Origin: Thraustochytrium aureum
Lineage: Eukaryota
Length of the DNA: 58,329 nt
Direction: 5' to 3'
Assembly (NCBI GenBank): GCA_012862495.1
Contig: BLSG01000241.1
Coordinates: forward strand, 2,252-60,580
Shown: positions 11,384 to 23,680 of the stretch, piece after piece
Position numbering within the stretch: position 1 is the first letter of the stretch
Layout: each line of letters begins with the position of its first letter
Made by a program: the position numbers and the translations under genes
The notes under the pieces: model-generated
Seen by the model: the letters and a program-made list of their open reading frames with translations, nothing else
The model's database searches: none
Told to the model about the DNA's origin: nothing

Positions 11384-13108
11384 ATGACAACCAAGGGCGC
11401 GCCGGCTGGGGAGGGCGCCGCAGGTGGCGGGCGCCGCGGCAGCGCGGGCCAGGACCAAGCGGCAGGCGACGCGAGAATGAGCTGCGCGAGAGGGCGCTCC
11501 ACCGAGGCGCCGCCCGACCTGGACGGGCCCGAACTGACGTGGCAAAACCCGCGCCTCGACGTGACGATCCGGCACGAGGGCTCGATGCGCATCGCCACGA
11601 TCATCGAGAGGGGCATGGGCGACAAGGGCGCAAGCAAGTCGCGCGACAAGAGCCGCGAGTACCGCGTGACGCTCGCGCTGGAAAGGCTCTGCTACGAGAA
11701 CGCCAAGTCGCGCGAGGAATACACCGACGCGACCAAGTTCAAGATCCTCCTCCACCGCATGGCAGCCGAAAAGGCCAAGCGCCGGCGGGGTCGCCAGGTC
11801 TCGGACGTCAAGCAGAACTTGCGGGACGACCAGCAGCCCTTCACCCTCCTCGAGTTTATCGGAGGCTTTGTCGACGAGGACGAGCCCCCCCATGCGCCGG
11901 CGCTTGGCGCGGCGGGCGACTTGCGAAGTGCGAGCGGCGCAGGCGAGCAGGCCCACGCGGCCGGCGCGCGACAGGCGGCGCACCGGAGGACCCCGAGCGG
12001 CGGCCACACCCTCCAAAAACCTCAACAGCCTCTTCAACGGACCGCCGCGCGAGAGTCTGGGGAGCGGCGGCTATGAGGCTCGCGCGAGCGACGACGCCGC
12101 CCAGCGGACCGACCGGTCGTCGCGATCGTCCCACTCGCGCGCGGGGAATTTCTCCAACGTTCGCTTGAAGGTGGAGACATCGATGGAGTTGGACGAGAAC
12201 TTTGGCGTCCAGTCCCTGCACGTGACGGAGCACCACCCGCTTGCAGACCAGGCCAAGAGCAGCCCGGCCGACAGCGCGCGCTGCAATCTCGGCGCAAGCG
12301 TCGCCGCGGCCTTTGGAGGCATGCCCGCTCCGTACTCGGGGTTGTCTTTGTCGCCGTACGGGTCTGAAATGGCAAACTTTCAAGGGCAGCACAACTCGTT
12401 CGGGGTGCGCGCGGACCAGATGCCGAGCTCGTACTTGGACCAGCAAGAGGAAGGGCAAAGTCACGCGGCGCAGCACCAGTATCCAGCCCCGATGCTGCGC
12501 GATGGGCTCGCGAGCACGAGCCAGGAGGGGCACATGCCTTCGCCGCTCTCGCGCGGCTTTGGCGCGGCGGACGTTGGAGCCATCGGCGCCGGCGCGAGCG
12601 CGGCGCTTGGGCTGGACGTGGGGAGTGGTTTCGGCTTTCAGGACTCTGCGGCCTGGGCGCCACCGCGCCAGAGCATGGGCGACTCGATGCACTACAAGCA
12701 CCCGCATGCGCCATCGCCATCTGGGCTCGAGGGAGGGAGGCGCTCCCCGACCGCGCACATGGCCAAGAAGCGCTCCAAGGTCCGCGCTCAAAGCGACAGC
12801 CAACTCCCTGTCTTCGGTGACACTGGGCAAGCCAGCCAACACGTGAGCCACCAAGTCCTGGGCGGCCGGTTTTTTGCGAGGCCCGTCTCGACGAGTCCAT
12901 GGAGAGCGATATGGACAGGGCAGGCCCAGAGAACAGCTCGTTTGACATGAATGGCGTCCTCCAGCCACCGACTGGGTTTGCCCTGGGGACGCGCGAGGAG
13001 GAGGAGGAGACCAAACTCAGGTTTTGGCAGCAATCGCCTCGAAAGCGCGCGAGCACAGAGTGGGCAGAGTCGCTTGGTGCTGATCCTCGGTCCTGGGCCC
13101 CGGAATGA
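11384..13108 (+). CDS. Protein with an N-terminal KIX-like helical domain and a long low-complexity tail; apparent frameshifts near 11890 and 12880
   Basis: LTWQNPRLDVTIRHEGSMRIATII...LALERLCYENAKSREEYTDATKFKILL resembles the KIX pattern W...R...I...LE..Y..A.S.EEY. ORFs 11384, 11868 and 12899 chain into one protein-like reading. Confidence 0.55.
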
Positions 13109-13688
13109 ATGCGCTTGGTGTTCGGTCGAGCTCGATTGGGTCTCGTGCGACAATCGAGCTGACTGTTGCGACCTGACCATCTCTATCCTATTACTTACTG
13201 TCCATCTGCGAGGTGTGGCAAAGCAGCTTTTCCGCGCCAAGGCAACCGCTCCACGCTCGATGCCGGCAGCAGCGACGCTTGGGCCTGAATTTCAAGCCAG
13301 CGGCGAAAGCCCCAGCGTCCAGGATCGATCGCAAGGAGCGAGGTTTATGTCGGACTTGCACAGCGGCCGCGGGGCGCGGGAGCCCAGCAATTAAACTGGG
13401 CTTCCTGGCTCTCTTTCAACCAAGGGCGCAGCCCCCCCGAAGCGAAGTCGGCCCCCGCCATCAAGCTGGGGGCGAATGCGCAAGTGGGAGCACTCCTTGT
13501 TTTGCGCGCCCAAGCGAAGAAAAATAAATGATGTTGCAATGTGTTACATTGTACAAGCCTGTGCGCCTCGATGTGATTTCGAGGCCGTCGCCCCCTTGCG
13601 GCTTTGCAAATGATAAGAACAACTCAACAATCAAAAACAATCTGTCAGTGCGTCGAAAAAAAGGNGCCTCGCCAGCAGACAGCCGCCG

Positions 13689-14612
13689 TCACCTGTCCCC
13701 GTGGTTGTTGTCGCCGATCGACAATATTATGAGATCCGACACAAGACGCGACTTGGTGGCCGGGTCCAGCTCAATACCCTCCTCGCCGAGGCTCTCAACC
13801 ATCCTTTTGGAAACGTCCACAGCGCCTCGAACCAGGAGGTCTCGCGCCTCGATAAGGGCTTGCGCCTGCTGCTTTTTCAGCATGCTCGCTGCGATCTCTT
13901 GCGCATAGTTGAGCTCATTCAAGTTGACGGAAAGGATCTTGGCCCCGGCCACGGCCACGCGGTCCTGCAAGATTTGCACGGACCGCTCGCAGATCTCCTC
14001 TGCCTCCTCCTTGAGCTGGTCGTACGAAAAGCTCCCCACCACTTCTTTGAGCACCGCGCTGGCCTGCGTCGTCACAAATGACTTGGGGTCGTGGACGTTG
14101 AAAAGGGCAGAGACAGGGTCGACGAAGCGGTAGGTCAGGATTGCGCTCACCAAAACTGGGTTGCCGGTCACGTCGGTGATCTTTTGGTTTTTCATGTCGT
14201 ACGAGATTTGGCTCGTCTCGATCTCGCGGATGTCGCGGAAAAAGCAGTTCACAAAGTGGCACCCTTCTTGATCAATCTTGCGCGTCACTTGCCCGCAGTG
14301 CATGACGACGGCTTCGTGCCTTGGCTGCAAGACAAACCACGAGCCCAGCACTGTGGCTGGCAGGCAGAGAACGCCAGGGATCCACGAGTATGATTCCGCA
14401 GTAGGGTCTACTGGAATCGGACCCATCTCATACACCCTCGAGTCGAAGGCGAGCGCTGGGGGGACTTTTGCTGCGGCGGCCGCGCCAATGGCTGCTGCCT
14501 CGACGGAGGAGGTGCGGGTCATTTGCTGTGCTGCGGGAGCTGGCACCAGCGCTCCCTCAACATGGCCCGCAGTCATCGGATCGGCCATCACCTTGCTGCT
14601 ACCCGACATCAT
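13689..14612 (-). CDS. SPFH/band-7 domain protein, paralog A
   Basis: WFVLQPRHEAVVMHCG, KITDVTGNPVLVSAILTYRFVDPVSALFNV, LNYAQEIAASMLKKQQAQALIEAR..LVRGAV. Likely start MMSGSSKV at 14612. Confidence 0.9.
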   Translation of the reverse strand: MMSGSSKVMADPMTAGHVEGALVPAPAAQQMTRTSSVEAAAIGAAAAAKVPPALAFDSRVYEMGPIPVDPTAESYSWIPGVLCLPATVLGSWFVLQPRHEAVVMHCGQVTRKIDQEGCHFVNCFFRDIREIETSQISYDMKNQKITDVTGNPVLVSAILTYRFVDPVSALFNVHDPKSFVTTQASAVLKEVVGSFSYDQLKEEAEEICERSVQILQDRVAVAGAKILSVNLNELNYAQEIAASMLKKQQAQALIEARDLLVRGAVDVSKRMVESLGEEGIELDPATKSRLVSDLIILSIGDNNHGDR

Positions 14613-15913
14613 AGCTCCAGTCGCGTGTCTCTCTTCGCGTGTGCGCCGATTGCTTCGCAGCCTTTTCCAGCGAGAGCTAGCCTGCGCGCACGCATGCACT
14701 CTTTGGNNNNNNNNNNNNNNNNNNNNNNNNNNNNNNNNNNNNNNNNNNNNNNNNNNNNNNNNNNNNNNNNNNNNNNNNNNNNNNNNNNNNNNNNNNNNNN
14801 NNNNNNNNNNNNNNNNNNNNNNNNNNNNNNNNNNNNNNNNNNNNNNTCCAGCGAGAGCTAGCCTGCGCGCACGCATGCACTCTTTGGAGCGCGCTTGTGG
14901 CACTGCCTCAGCCGGAGCGATGTTGCCAAGCGGCCCAACCGGACAGCTTGCGCGCCCCTGGCACGTGTAGCTGCCCGCTTCGCGCTGCGTCCAGCCGCTG
15001 CAACGCTGTGCTTGGGCACTGGCAACGTTGTCGAGCTGCCCAAGGTGCTGACAAATTGCGACAACCGCATGCACTCTCGACAACAGGGTGTAGAGCAAGT
15101 GGAGGAGCGCAGGCAGAAAGGCCGACGCACCGGGGTCTCCAACGGCAACTTTGCGCCCTTCCGTTGCCCCCTGCCTTCTCGCCTGTGCCTGCCAGACGCC
15201 CGCGCGGCTGTGATCGAGGTCGTGCGTGCAACCCAACAACTAGCCGTTGGATCCGTTGGACGGAGCGATTCTGCCACCGTCGCGGTCTCTAGCCAGCTGG
15301 AGAGTTGCGCGCGGCGTCGGCCTGGTGCGTGGCTAGAGAGGGGCGTCGGGGTTCTCGCTTGCTTTTGCAGCTCGTCTGCCTGCTCCCAAGCTTGCTTGCT
15401 TGCTTGTTTGCTTGCGTGCGTGCGTGCGTGCATGCATTCATACATGCGTGCTTTTGCGTGTGTTCCCACTTTTTGCTTGCAGACGAGAGGAGCGCCGCCA
15501 CAAACTCTTGCAGCGCCCTGCGGCATAGCAGGCGATGAACGCTCTCGTGGAGCCCGTAAGGCATCGTCGGGTTTCGTCAAACTGGGGCACGCCTTTTGAT
15601 TTGTTACCGTTGAGGGGCAAGCTGCGGCGGGCAGGCGGACGCGCTGATGTCGGACTTGCCACATCATTTGTCGAACAGAGCCGGCCTGAACGCAGGGCTG
15701 ATCGCGGCCAGTTCGATTGGCAAGCCGTGGCCTCGTGCAAGAGCGACAGCAAGCGCAAGGACAGGCTAGAGGTTCGGCGCACGTGTCGCCTTTCGTGCGT
15801 ATCTAGGCGCTTGCCGCGTCAAGCAGTAGCGACAGGCGGCGACCCGCTAGGCAGGCGCGCCGAAGCGCACTGTGCGCCAACCGCTGGCAGGCGAGCAAAG
15901 GTGAGCCACAAGT

Positions 15914-16759
15914 ATGTCTGGTCTAGCGGCTGTGCACTCGAGCGGGCGCGCAAATGGGGTAGAAGGTGGCGAGAAGGCGCCTGCGACGCAGGAGTTCAAC
16001 CGCGCCTCGGACTCCCAGATGAAAGAAGTCGAGATGAGCAAGTCAGACCTTGCCAAGGTTTGTGAGATCTTATTTTGCCCATTCGTGTTTTTCCCAAGCT
16101 GGTGGGTGCAGCGTCCTCGCGAAGAGTCTATCGTTTTGCATTTTGGCAGGGTTACGGGCCAGGTTCGAGAGCCGGGCTGCCACTACCACCCGCTCGTTGG
16201 GCGCGAGATCCGAACCATTCCAACGGTGCAGTTCTGCGTGGATATTCCTCGGCAAAAGGTGACCGACTCCCGCGGCAACCCAGTCAACATCAGCGCGGTG
16301 ATCACGTACCGTTTTGTTCACCCGACGCAAGCGCTGCTAAACGTGCAGTCGCCTCACGAGTATGTAATAACGCAGGCAATGAGCGTATTGAAGAGTGTGG
16401 TCAGCAGCTACAGCTACGAGGAGCTCAAGACCGAGACGGAGAGGATTAACGCGGACGTGCTGCGCAAGTTGCAGCCGCGTGTTGCCACCGCTGGCGCCGT
16501 GGTCCTGTCGTGCATGCTTGACGAGCTTAACTACGCGCCAGAGATTGCGTCACACATGCTCAAGCAGCAGCAGGCACGGGCGCTCATCGAGGCGAGGCAC
16601 TTGCTTGTGCAAGGTAGCGTGGGCATTTCTACCGATGCTGTCAAGCGGCTTGCCGAGCTCGGGGTGCAAATCAGCGACGAGGACAAGGCGCGTCTAGTCT
16701 CCTCAATCGTTCTTGTAAGCTCCAGTGACGCTACAGTGCAGCCGGTGCTGCGGCTCTAG
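15914..16759 (+). CDS. SPFH/band-7 domain protein, paralog B
   Basis: WWVQRPREESIVLHFG, KVTDSRGNPVNISAVITYRFVHPTQALLNV, LNYAPEIASHMLKQQQARALIEAR; complete 281-aa ORF. Confidence 0.9.
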   Translation: MSGLAAVHSSGRANGVEGGEKAPATQEFNRASDSQMKEVEMSKSDLAKVCEILFCPFVFFPSWWVQRPREESIVLHFGRVTGQVREPGCHYHPLVGREIRTIPTVQFCVDIPRQKVTDSRGNPVNISAVITYRFVHPTQALLNVQSPHEYVITQAMSVLKSVVSSYSYEELKTETERINADVLRKLQPRVATAGAVVLSCMLDELNYAPEIASHMLKQQQARALIEARHLLVQGSVGISTDAVKRLAELGVQISDEDKARLVSSIVLVSSSDATVQPVLRL

Positions 16760-17025
16760 CTAGCTTTCTCTACTTGACCAAGATCAAGATCAAGAGGAGA
16801 GTTGTGTATGAGTCCGGCGGCGCGAACGACGCTTCAATTTTTTCCCTGGAGGGCGCAGTGTGTTCATGAAAAGAAATTACAAGCTTTGCCAACGTGTCAT
16901 CTCGTCGAGTTTACTCTTACTCGCGTACTCTGTAGTCTACGTCTACAGACAAACTACTCTACTAGAGTAATCCATCTTTCAAGAAAGCAGCGCCGGCAAG
17001 AGTTCAGTTTCAGTCAGCCTGAGAC

Positions 17026-19602
17026 TCAAGGCAACCCCACGACGCCTTCAATGGCGGCGACAAGGTCTTCCAAGTCACCAAGAGCATCGACGACACGAGC
17101 GCTCTGTCCCGTTAGCGCGACCAACTCGTTTCGATGCCCGCTGCTCGTGCCGGTCGTTGCCGCAAAGACGGCAACCTGAGTGTTGCTTCGCAGTGCTTGT
17201 GCGATGGAGGTGGCAGCGCAAGTGTCGAGGCTGCCGGAATCGTGAGTGAGGAGTATCACCGCGACCTTTCGGGCCGGGTCCCCGCGTTCTTCGATCAGTT
17301 GCTGGGCTCGGGCGAGACCAGGCACAAGGCATCGCTTGCCCACTCTGTCGACCTTGCGCATGTTGCGGAGAACCACAACCTGGCTATCGGATGAAACCTG
17401 CCACGGCTTGTCGGCGCTGTGGAGAACTGTGAGGTAGCACTCGGTGTTGATTCCTGCCATGCGAAAGCCACGGCTTGGGGCTCGTGGGCCAATGTCCTTG
17501 CGAAGCCTGTTCGCGACATTCACAAGCTGGTTATGGCAGTCTTCATTCGTGCCCTGCGTGTTGCATCGAGCATTCTGTGCGTCTGAAACCGTCGAGCCAT
17601 CCAGGATTACGACTAGATCGAACCCGTTGATGGTCGGCTTGACTGGCGGGTTGCCGCCGTTTCCTCTCGCGGTTGGCTTCCGCGTGGGGGAAAACGTTGG
17701 GGGCGGGGTAGTCGGCGGGGTGGTCGGCGAACGAGGCGCAGTGCAGATCATGTTGGCGATACCTGAGTTGATTGGTCCGACGTTCCATGTATCGACAGTG
17801 AAGATGTTGTTTGACCCCTCGGAGACGACTTTCGCGCTGGTGTAGCTGCGGCACTTTTTCCTCGCGTCAGGGTTGTATGCGCCCGAGCACCAAAGAGGAT
17901 CGCCGTCAATGAGGCACGCCTGGTTGGTCATCGCGTTTGCGCAGCACTGCTGGCCGACAAGCGCACCGGTGAAAAACTCCTCGAGAGGTGGGCGCATGTC
18001 CTTGTTGGGTACGCCAGCAAGAACAACGCGAACACCATCGGCTTGGAGGCGAGCAGACTGCTGCGGTACGATGTCAATTGTGTAGTCGCAGCGCGTGAGC
18101 GACTTGAGCGGGGAGCGCATCTTCCACTCCCACTCATCAGTACCGAAATTCTGGAACGGAGTGCCATCGGTGACAACGAGGAGGATCTTGTCATTCCCGT
18201 CGATGTAGCTCTGCGCATAGTGGTCGCGAATCATGGAGAATGCCTCCGCGAAGTTCGTGCAGCACCAAGGCAGGACGGTGCGCACCTTCGAGTCGACCTC
18301 GTCCTCAAAGTCGTTTATGTTGGCGTAGTTCGTGAGAGGAATCCGGATCTTGGTGTTTCGGCGGCTCCCGAACGTGGCGACGCCCACGCGGCTGCCCACC
18401 GTGAAGTCAAGGTTGCTTGCAGCCTGCTTTACGATCGACATCATCTCGTTGCGAAAGCGGTCGGGATCCATAGAGTCGGAAGTGTCAACGAGGATCATGA
18501 GGTCGCGCGGGATCGGTCTGCACCCTGAGCTCGTCGTCGGGCTCGCAGTCGTCGGGCTCCTCGTTGGCGGTTTTGTGGTAGGGAGCACTGAGGGCTCTGG
18601 TGTTGGGAACGGCGTGGGCTCCGGCGTCGGGTCCGGGACAAAGGGCCGGCAAATCTTGTCAAGCGAATTGGTAATGAGCGGCTCAAGGTCCCACGTTTCA
18701 ACCCGAAAGGCGTGATCGTCGACGGGCTGCGAAACAAGCGGCGAGTACACCATCGTCTTGCACGACTCCTGCTCCGGGTTGACGTCAGAGTTAATGCTGC
18801 AGACCTCGAGGCCAGGGAGGCGGCCATTGAAAAAGTCGATGTTGACGGGCTTGTCGGGGTTTGAATGCGGTACGCCGATGAAGAAGACGCGCACCCCAGC
18901 TTGCTTGAGGCGCTGCATTTGGCGCGGCACGAGGACAGCGGCGTACTCGGTGCGGATCTCATCTCGCGAGGGCTTGTCGTCCCCCTGTGTGTACACCGGG
19001 TTCCCTACAACGTCGCTCCAGTCGTTCATGTTGAGTCCGCGCGAAGTGTAAAACGCCTTGGCTGTGTTGGAGCGCCTTATGCTGTAGTCGCCATTCCAGT
19101 AGTTAGGGAAAGGCGTGCCGTCTGTGATGAAGAAAGCAATGTTTTCAAAGCCAGGCTCGACCAGATCGCGCGCAGAGAACATCTCCTCAGCCAGCATTGC
19201 CGCCTCGGCGTGTGTTGTGCAACACTTGAGCGGGGTCTTACTTTTGACCTTGCTGTGCATCTCTGCTTCGAATTGGTCTGGCGTAAACTCTCTGAACGGG
19301 ATTTTGGTCTCAATAAACTGGTTGAACGTCACCACTCCAGCCTCGTATCGGGCTCCGAGTCGCGTATCTCGAAACCCACAGAATGTGTTGATCACGAAGT
19401 TGACCATCTCGTTGTCGAAGCGAGGCTGGCTGATGCTGAGGCTAGCATCGAGGAGAAACAAAATGCGCCTGCTCTTTGGGTCGCACTGCTGTCGCATCGA
19501 GCAGTCCACGGCTTCCGACTGCCCTGTCGTCAGGGCTAGAATGACGACGAGGAGGGCCACCGCTGCGGCGCGGGCCCTGCCGACCATTTCCATGGTGACC
19601 AT
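17026..19602 (-). CDS. Secreted protein with three von Willebrand factor A domains separated by Pro/Thr-rich linkers
   Basis: Signal peptide (..RAAAVALLVVILALTTGQSEA). MIDAS-type motifs FLLDASLSI/FITDG and ILVDTSDSM/VVTDG, plus a degenerate VILDGSTVS. Linkers PTPEPTPFPTPEPS..PTRSPTTASPT and PTTPPTTPPPTFSPTRKPT. Uninterrupted ORF. Confidence 0.9.
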   Translation of the reverse strand: MVTMEMVGRARAAAVALLVVILALTTGQSEAVDCSMRQQCDPKSRRILFLLDASLSISQPRFDNEMVNFVINTFCGFRDTRLGARYEAGVVTFNQFIETKIPFREFTPDQFEAEMHSKVKSKTPLKCCTTHAEAAMLAEEMFSARDLVEPGFENIAFFITDGTPFPNYWNGDYSIRRSNTAKAFYTSRGLNMNDWSDVVGNPVYTQGDDKPSRDEIRTEYAAVLVPRQMQRLKQAGVRVFFIGVPHSNPDKPVNIDFFNGRLPGLEVCSINSDVNPEQESCKTMVYSPLVSQPVDDHAFRVETWDLEPLITNSLDKICRPFVPDPTPEPTPFPTPEPSVLPTTKPPTRSPTTASPTTSSGCRPIPRDLMILVDTSDSMDPDRFRNEMMSIVKQAASNLDFTVGSRVGVATFGSRRNTKIRIPLTNYANINDFEDEVDSKVRTVLPWCCTNFAEAFSMIRDHYAQSYIDGNDKILLVVTDGTPFQNFGTDEWEWKMRSPLKSLTRCDYTIDIVPQQSARLQADGVRVVLAGVPNKDMRPPLEEFFTGALVGQQCCANAMTNQACLIDGDPLWCSGAYNPDARKKCRSYTSAKVVSEGSNNIFTVDTWNVGPINSGIANMICTAPRSPTTPPTTPPPTFSPTRKPTARGNGGNPPVKPTINGFDLVVILDGSTVSDAQNARCNTQGTNEDCHNQLVNVANRLRKDIGPRAPSRGFRMAGINTECYLTVLHSADKPWQVSSDSQVVVLRNMRKVDRVGKRCLVPGLARAQQLIEERGDPARKVAVILLTHDSGSLDTCAATSIAQALRSNTQVAVFAATTGTSSGHRNELVALTGQSARVVDALGDLEDLVAAIEGVVGLP

Positions 19603-21483
19603 CGCGAAAGTTGGCCGTAGCCTACCGGTTGATGTTTGCGATCCGCGTTGCTTGCACGTGGGGGCGCGAGTGGGCGCTGGCTGCTCCTTGATCCCGTTCT
19701 TCCCTGCTGTTGCGGGTCTGATGGGCCAGGCAGCGCCACTACAAACGTGCATGCGCGGGGCGCACGGAATTTTTTCTTCCCTGCTCAGAAGGTGCTAGAA
19801 TTAACGGCCGGAGGGTGTAGTGCACAGGAATGGTGCTCAACCACGCATTCCCTGCCAGCCCAAAAAACCAGAACAGAAGAGAGCGGATAAGGGCGGGCTA
19901 AGCAACAACCACTCCGGGGTCGCCAACTGCTGGCGGAGCGGGCGTTGATCGCGGCTGTCTTTCCAAAAGGGACGGCGCAACAATTTAACCTGGCACAAGT
20001 TGAACACGATTGCTCAGCCGTCACACTCATCGCGTCGACCAAGAAGGTCTTTCGTTTGCACGCCTCCCTTTTTCCCTCTCCATGATGGCTGGCTTTTGCT
20101 GAAAGCCCGGCTGATGCCTGCAGCCTTCCCCAATTCTTCGTCTGGTTTCGTCCATTCGTGGGTAAAGCGCCCAAACAACGCTCACGTCCGTTACATTTTT
20201 TTGGCCTTTACCGGTGCGCAGCGTTTCGGAGGTCGTCCTGCCGCGGCGCGTCCCAGACTGGTCTTTGCCTTTCTCTTGCTCGCCTGCTCGCTTGCTCGTC
20301 TGCTCGCTTGCTGGCCTCTCCCTGCCCGCCTCGGAGAGTGAGGGAGTGAATGCGCGGCCGTTGGCGGGGATTCGTGTTGTCGGGACGCACTCGGGAGGGA
20401 AGCAGGGCCGAACCGTGCGAGTCTCTCCTGAGCGAGCTGGATCTCCAGCACACGACGCTGACGCCTGCGTTTCTAACGCGCTCGATCTGCCGGAGTCGGC
20501 TCTCGCGACGCGTGTCCTGGAGATTGAACGGTTGGTTTTTACTCAGAAAGAAACTCTCGTTTTTCATGAACAATCCATTGGCATCATGATGAACGGAACG
20601 TGTTTTGTTTTGCCCTTGGTTTCTCTGCTCGCACGCGCATGCATCCCGCTGCGAAGTACACGCACGCTCTCCCCGTCACCAGTGCTTTTTCAGATGCAGC
20701 ACGATGGAGGCTAGAGCCTGTCGTGCAGTCCACTTGCAATGGCCGAGTGCAGTGGGAAAATTGGCGCATTGCAAAGAATCTGTCCCATGCGCCAACAGGC
20801 GTCGTGTCTTGTCTTCTTGGCTGGCTCAGCCAGGTTCCCGGATCAACGTCAATCGAAGAGGGTCCGTCTTGCGCCGGCAGCGCGCAGCCAGCAACCAACC
20901 AAACCATGCATCAAAGTACCACAAAGACAGACGACCCGGAGGGCAGCAGAGGCCATCACCAGTGATCATTGATGAGAGTGCGGGCACCTGACGAGAAAAC
21001 CGCGCGAGCAAGCCCAACGCCGCAGCATCATCGTCGACACGGAAGAGTGCAGCTCGGCTCGAGTATGGCCGTAACGGTTTTTTGCAAGATGGTCCGTGTG
21101 GCCTCGGGTTTCTGCGTCCCTGTTTGCAGCAACACCGATTGTAGGCCTGAGGTCATCCCAACTCCCGCAGCAGCCAGGAAGCATGGATGCATTCAAGCAG
21201 ACAGGCAGAGTGCGAGTGCAGGGCAGGCACGCTCGCTCGCTCCCGGTTGCTCGGCTCGCTACTGCTTGAGGCGCCGCTTTTGTCCGGCCCAAACGCTCTG
21301 TGTGTCCGTCGTCGGCTTTGTCCGCTGCGCGCTCCTGCCGCCACTCGCGCAGCGCAAGAGCGCAAGAGCTGCGGCGTGGGTGGCCAACGGCGCCTCGGGC
21401 GGCCACAGCTTGGTCGACCTCGCTGGCTCGCCGTCTTTGCTGCGCGCGGTCAATAGGGCCGCAGGCAGTTCGTCAATAAGGAA

Positions 21484-23026
21484 ATGGGGCTGCGGGCTGG
21501 CCGCGCGCTGGTGCGGGCCGCCGGCGTGGGGCTGGCGCTCGCAGGCTTGGCTGCTCCAGGGGAAGCGTTTTCGGACTTTACCGAGGCGCAGCAAATCGCA
21601 GTCGCAGTGACGCCTAAGGTTACGGCCTGCCTGTCCATGTTTGGGTCGGGAACCATAATCTACATGGTCTTGAAAGACCGCGCCAAGCGCACGCGTGTTT
21701 ACCAGCGCCTCCTGCTCACGATGAGCGTGTTCGACGTAATGGTGTCGTTCTGGTTCTTCATGTCCTCGTGGCCGATCCCCGTTGGTTCTCCAAATATTCA
21801 AGGAGAGGCTGGCAACACGGCATCCTGCACGGCACAAGGCTTCTTCATCCAGCTCGGCCTCGCCGTGCCCTTCTACAACGGTTGCTTGTCCGTCAACTAC
21901 GTTCTGACAATTATCTACAACTGGACCGACAGCGACTTGCGCAAGATTGAGTGGGCGCTACATGGAGTCTCGATCGGCTTTCCCCTTGTCACCGCGTGCG
22001 TGTGCATCGGGCTAAACCTTTTCAACAACGCCAATTTGTGGTGCTGGATCGCGACGCTGCCGCTCTTTTGCGAATCGGGTGTCGACTGCGAGCGCGGCGA
22101 CTATGCATGGATATTCCAGTGGGCTTTCTTCTACGTCGAGTTATGGATCTTGATGATCTTTGTGGCATGCGCCATGCTGGCCGTCTACTTTCACGTCCTT
22201 CGACAGGAGGCCACCATTGCCGCCATTGCCACGCAAATGTCGGGGGAGCACTCCAAGTCGCTCTCCGTCGCGCGTCAGGCGCTCTTGTACGTCTGCGCTT
22301 TTTATTTGACCTGGATTTTTGGCACGATCAACAGGCTCTACCAGCTCGTCAACTCGGGCAACGTGTTTGCGCTCACGTTCCTTCACGCCTTCTTCGTGCC
22401 GCTCCAGGGGTTCCTGAACTTTCTTGTGTATTTGCGTCCGCGCTACAACCGCTACCGCATCGACAACCCAGACGAGTCTGTGTGTCATACCATTTCGCGC
22501 ACGCTCTCGAACATCATCTGCTGTTCCGCTCACGCTGAACCTGTGCGGCGCACCGTTGATCGCAAAGAAACAGCGAATCCGGTCACCAGAGACCTGGAAC
22601 TTGCAGTTTCAGTCTCGCGCAACCATGTCCTCAGCTCGAGGGCTTGCACCCTCCTCCACCTTCACGACGGCCAACAAGGGGAATGGAACGAGCGCCGCGA
22701 GCGCCAGCTCCGCGGCCAATGCGCGCGCAGACGCGGCTCTCCAAATAGATGGCATGCAGGTCGACCAAGCGAACGGCTCGAGGGATCAGGGGCACAGGGC
22801 TGCTGTCCTTGGCGCCGTTTCGTTAGTTTCTGATGGCGCACAAGGTGCATCGAACGACCATGCTGACCCCACCGCAGCAGACGCTTTGGGTGGCCAAGTG
22901 ATTCGCTTGGTTGCAACGTGCGACGAAACGACGACAGATTCGAGCGACGCAACCGCAACTGCGCCAAGCGAGGGCGATTCCGGCAGCACAACGCAGACAA
23001 CCTCGGTCCAAGTCGACCTTGCCTAG
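21484..23026 (+). CDS. 7TM GPCR-like receptor 1 (cAMP-receptor/Git3-like); C-terminal tail frameshifted near 22580-22620
   Basis: Seven hydrophobic segments, with LSMFGSGTII, VYQRLLL.MSVFD, CTAQGFFIQ, LWCWI and FFVPLQGFLNFLVYLRP. Confidence 0.88.
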
Positions 23027-23680
23027 CCGCCCCCGCTTCTGCTGCTGCTTGTCTGAAGGCTCTGCGAGCTGCCCGAAAAGGCCTTGCACTCTAGAGTGTA
23101 TCGTCCCAGGAGCTACCTGCAGGCTTGCCCGTGTTGAACGTTCGGTAGTAGGTCGCAAGCAACCCCATCCTGTCGAGCGCAGCCTCGGCTCCAACAACGA
23201 CTCCGTAGAGTATGTAAAGGAAAGCGAGTTGCCAGGGCAGTGCAGCGCAGTGCAGTGCGGATCCCATCGCAGTGCTTCAACGCAGAGCGACGCAACCAGG
23301 CCGGCTCTGCCCTGCTGTATTGCCGCCACATGCGACATGTCACATGTGTTGTCTGTCATGTCATGACGGTCAGAAAGTGATTACAAGTAAGAGGAGTAAG
23401 CTTCCCCACCAACCCCTCAACTTCAAGAACAAAAAGGTGGCTGGGCGGTGTGCGAGGCACCGGGCGACCTGCAGGTCGGCGGGCGCTGCTTCCTCGGCCA
23501 CCGCAGCAGGCGACGGTCGCTGGAGGAGGCCGCGGAGCACGCGCTCCTCTTGCGGCGCAGGACCGCGGGCAGAGTTGCCTGCCAATGTGCAAACGGCACT
23601 GGTTTCCCAGGTGATTGTTGAGTCCCACGCGCCGGAGCTCGCTTGGCGGGCACGACGCAGGCCAGAGCCGCACACGCACG

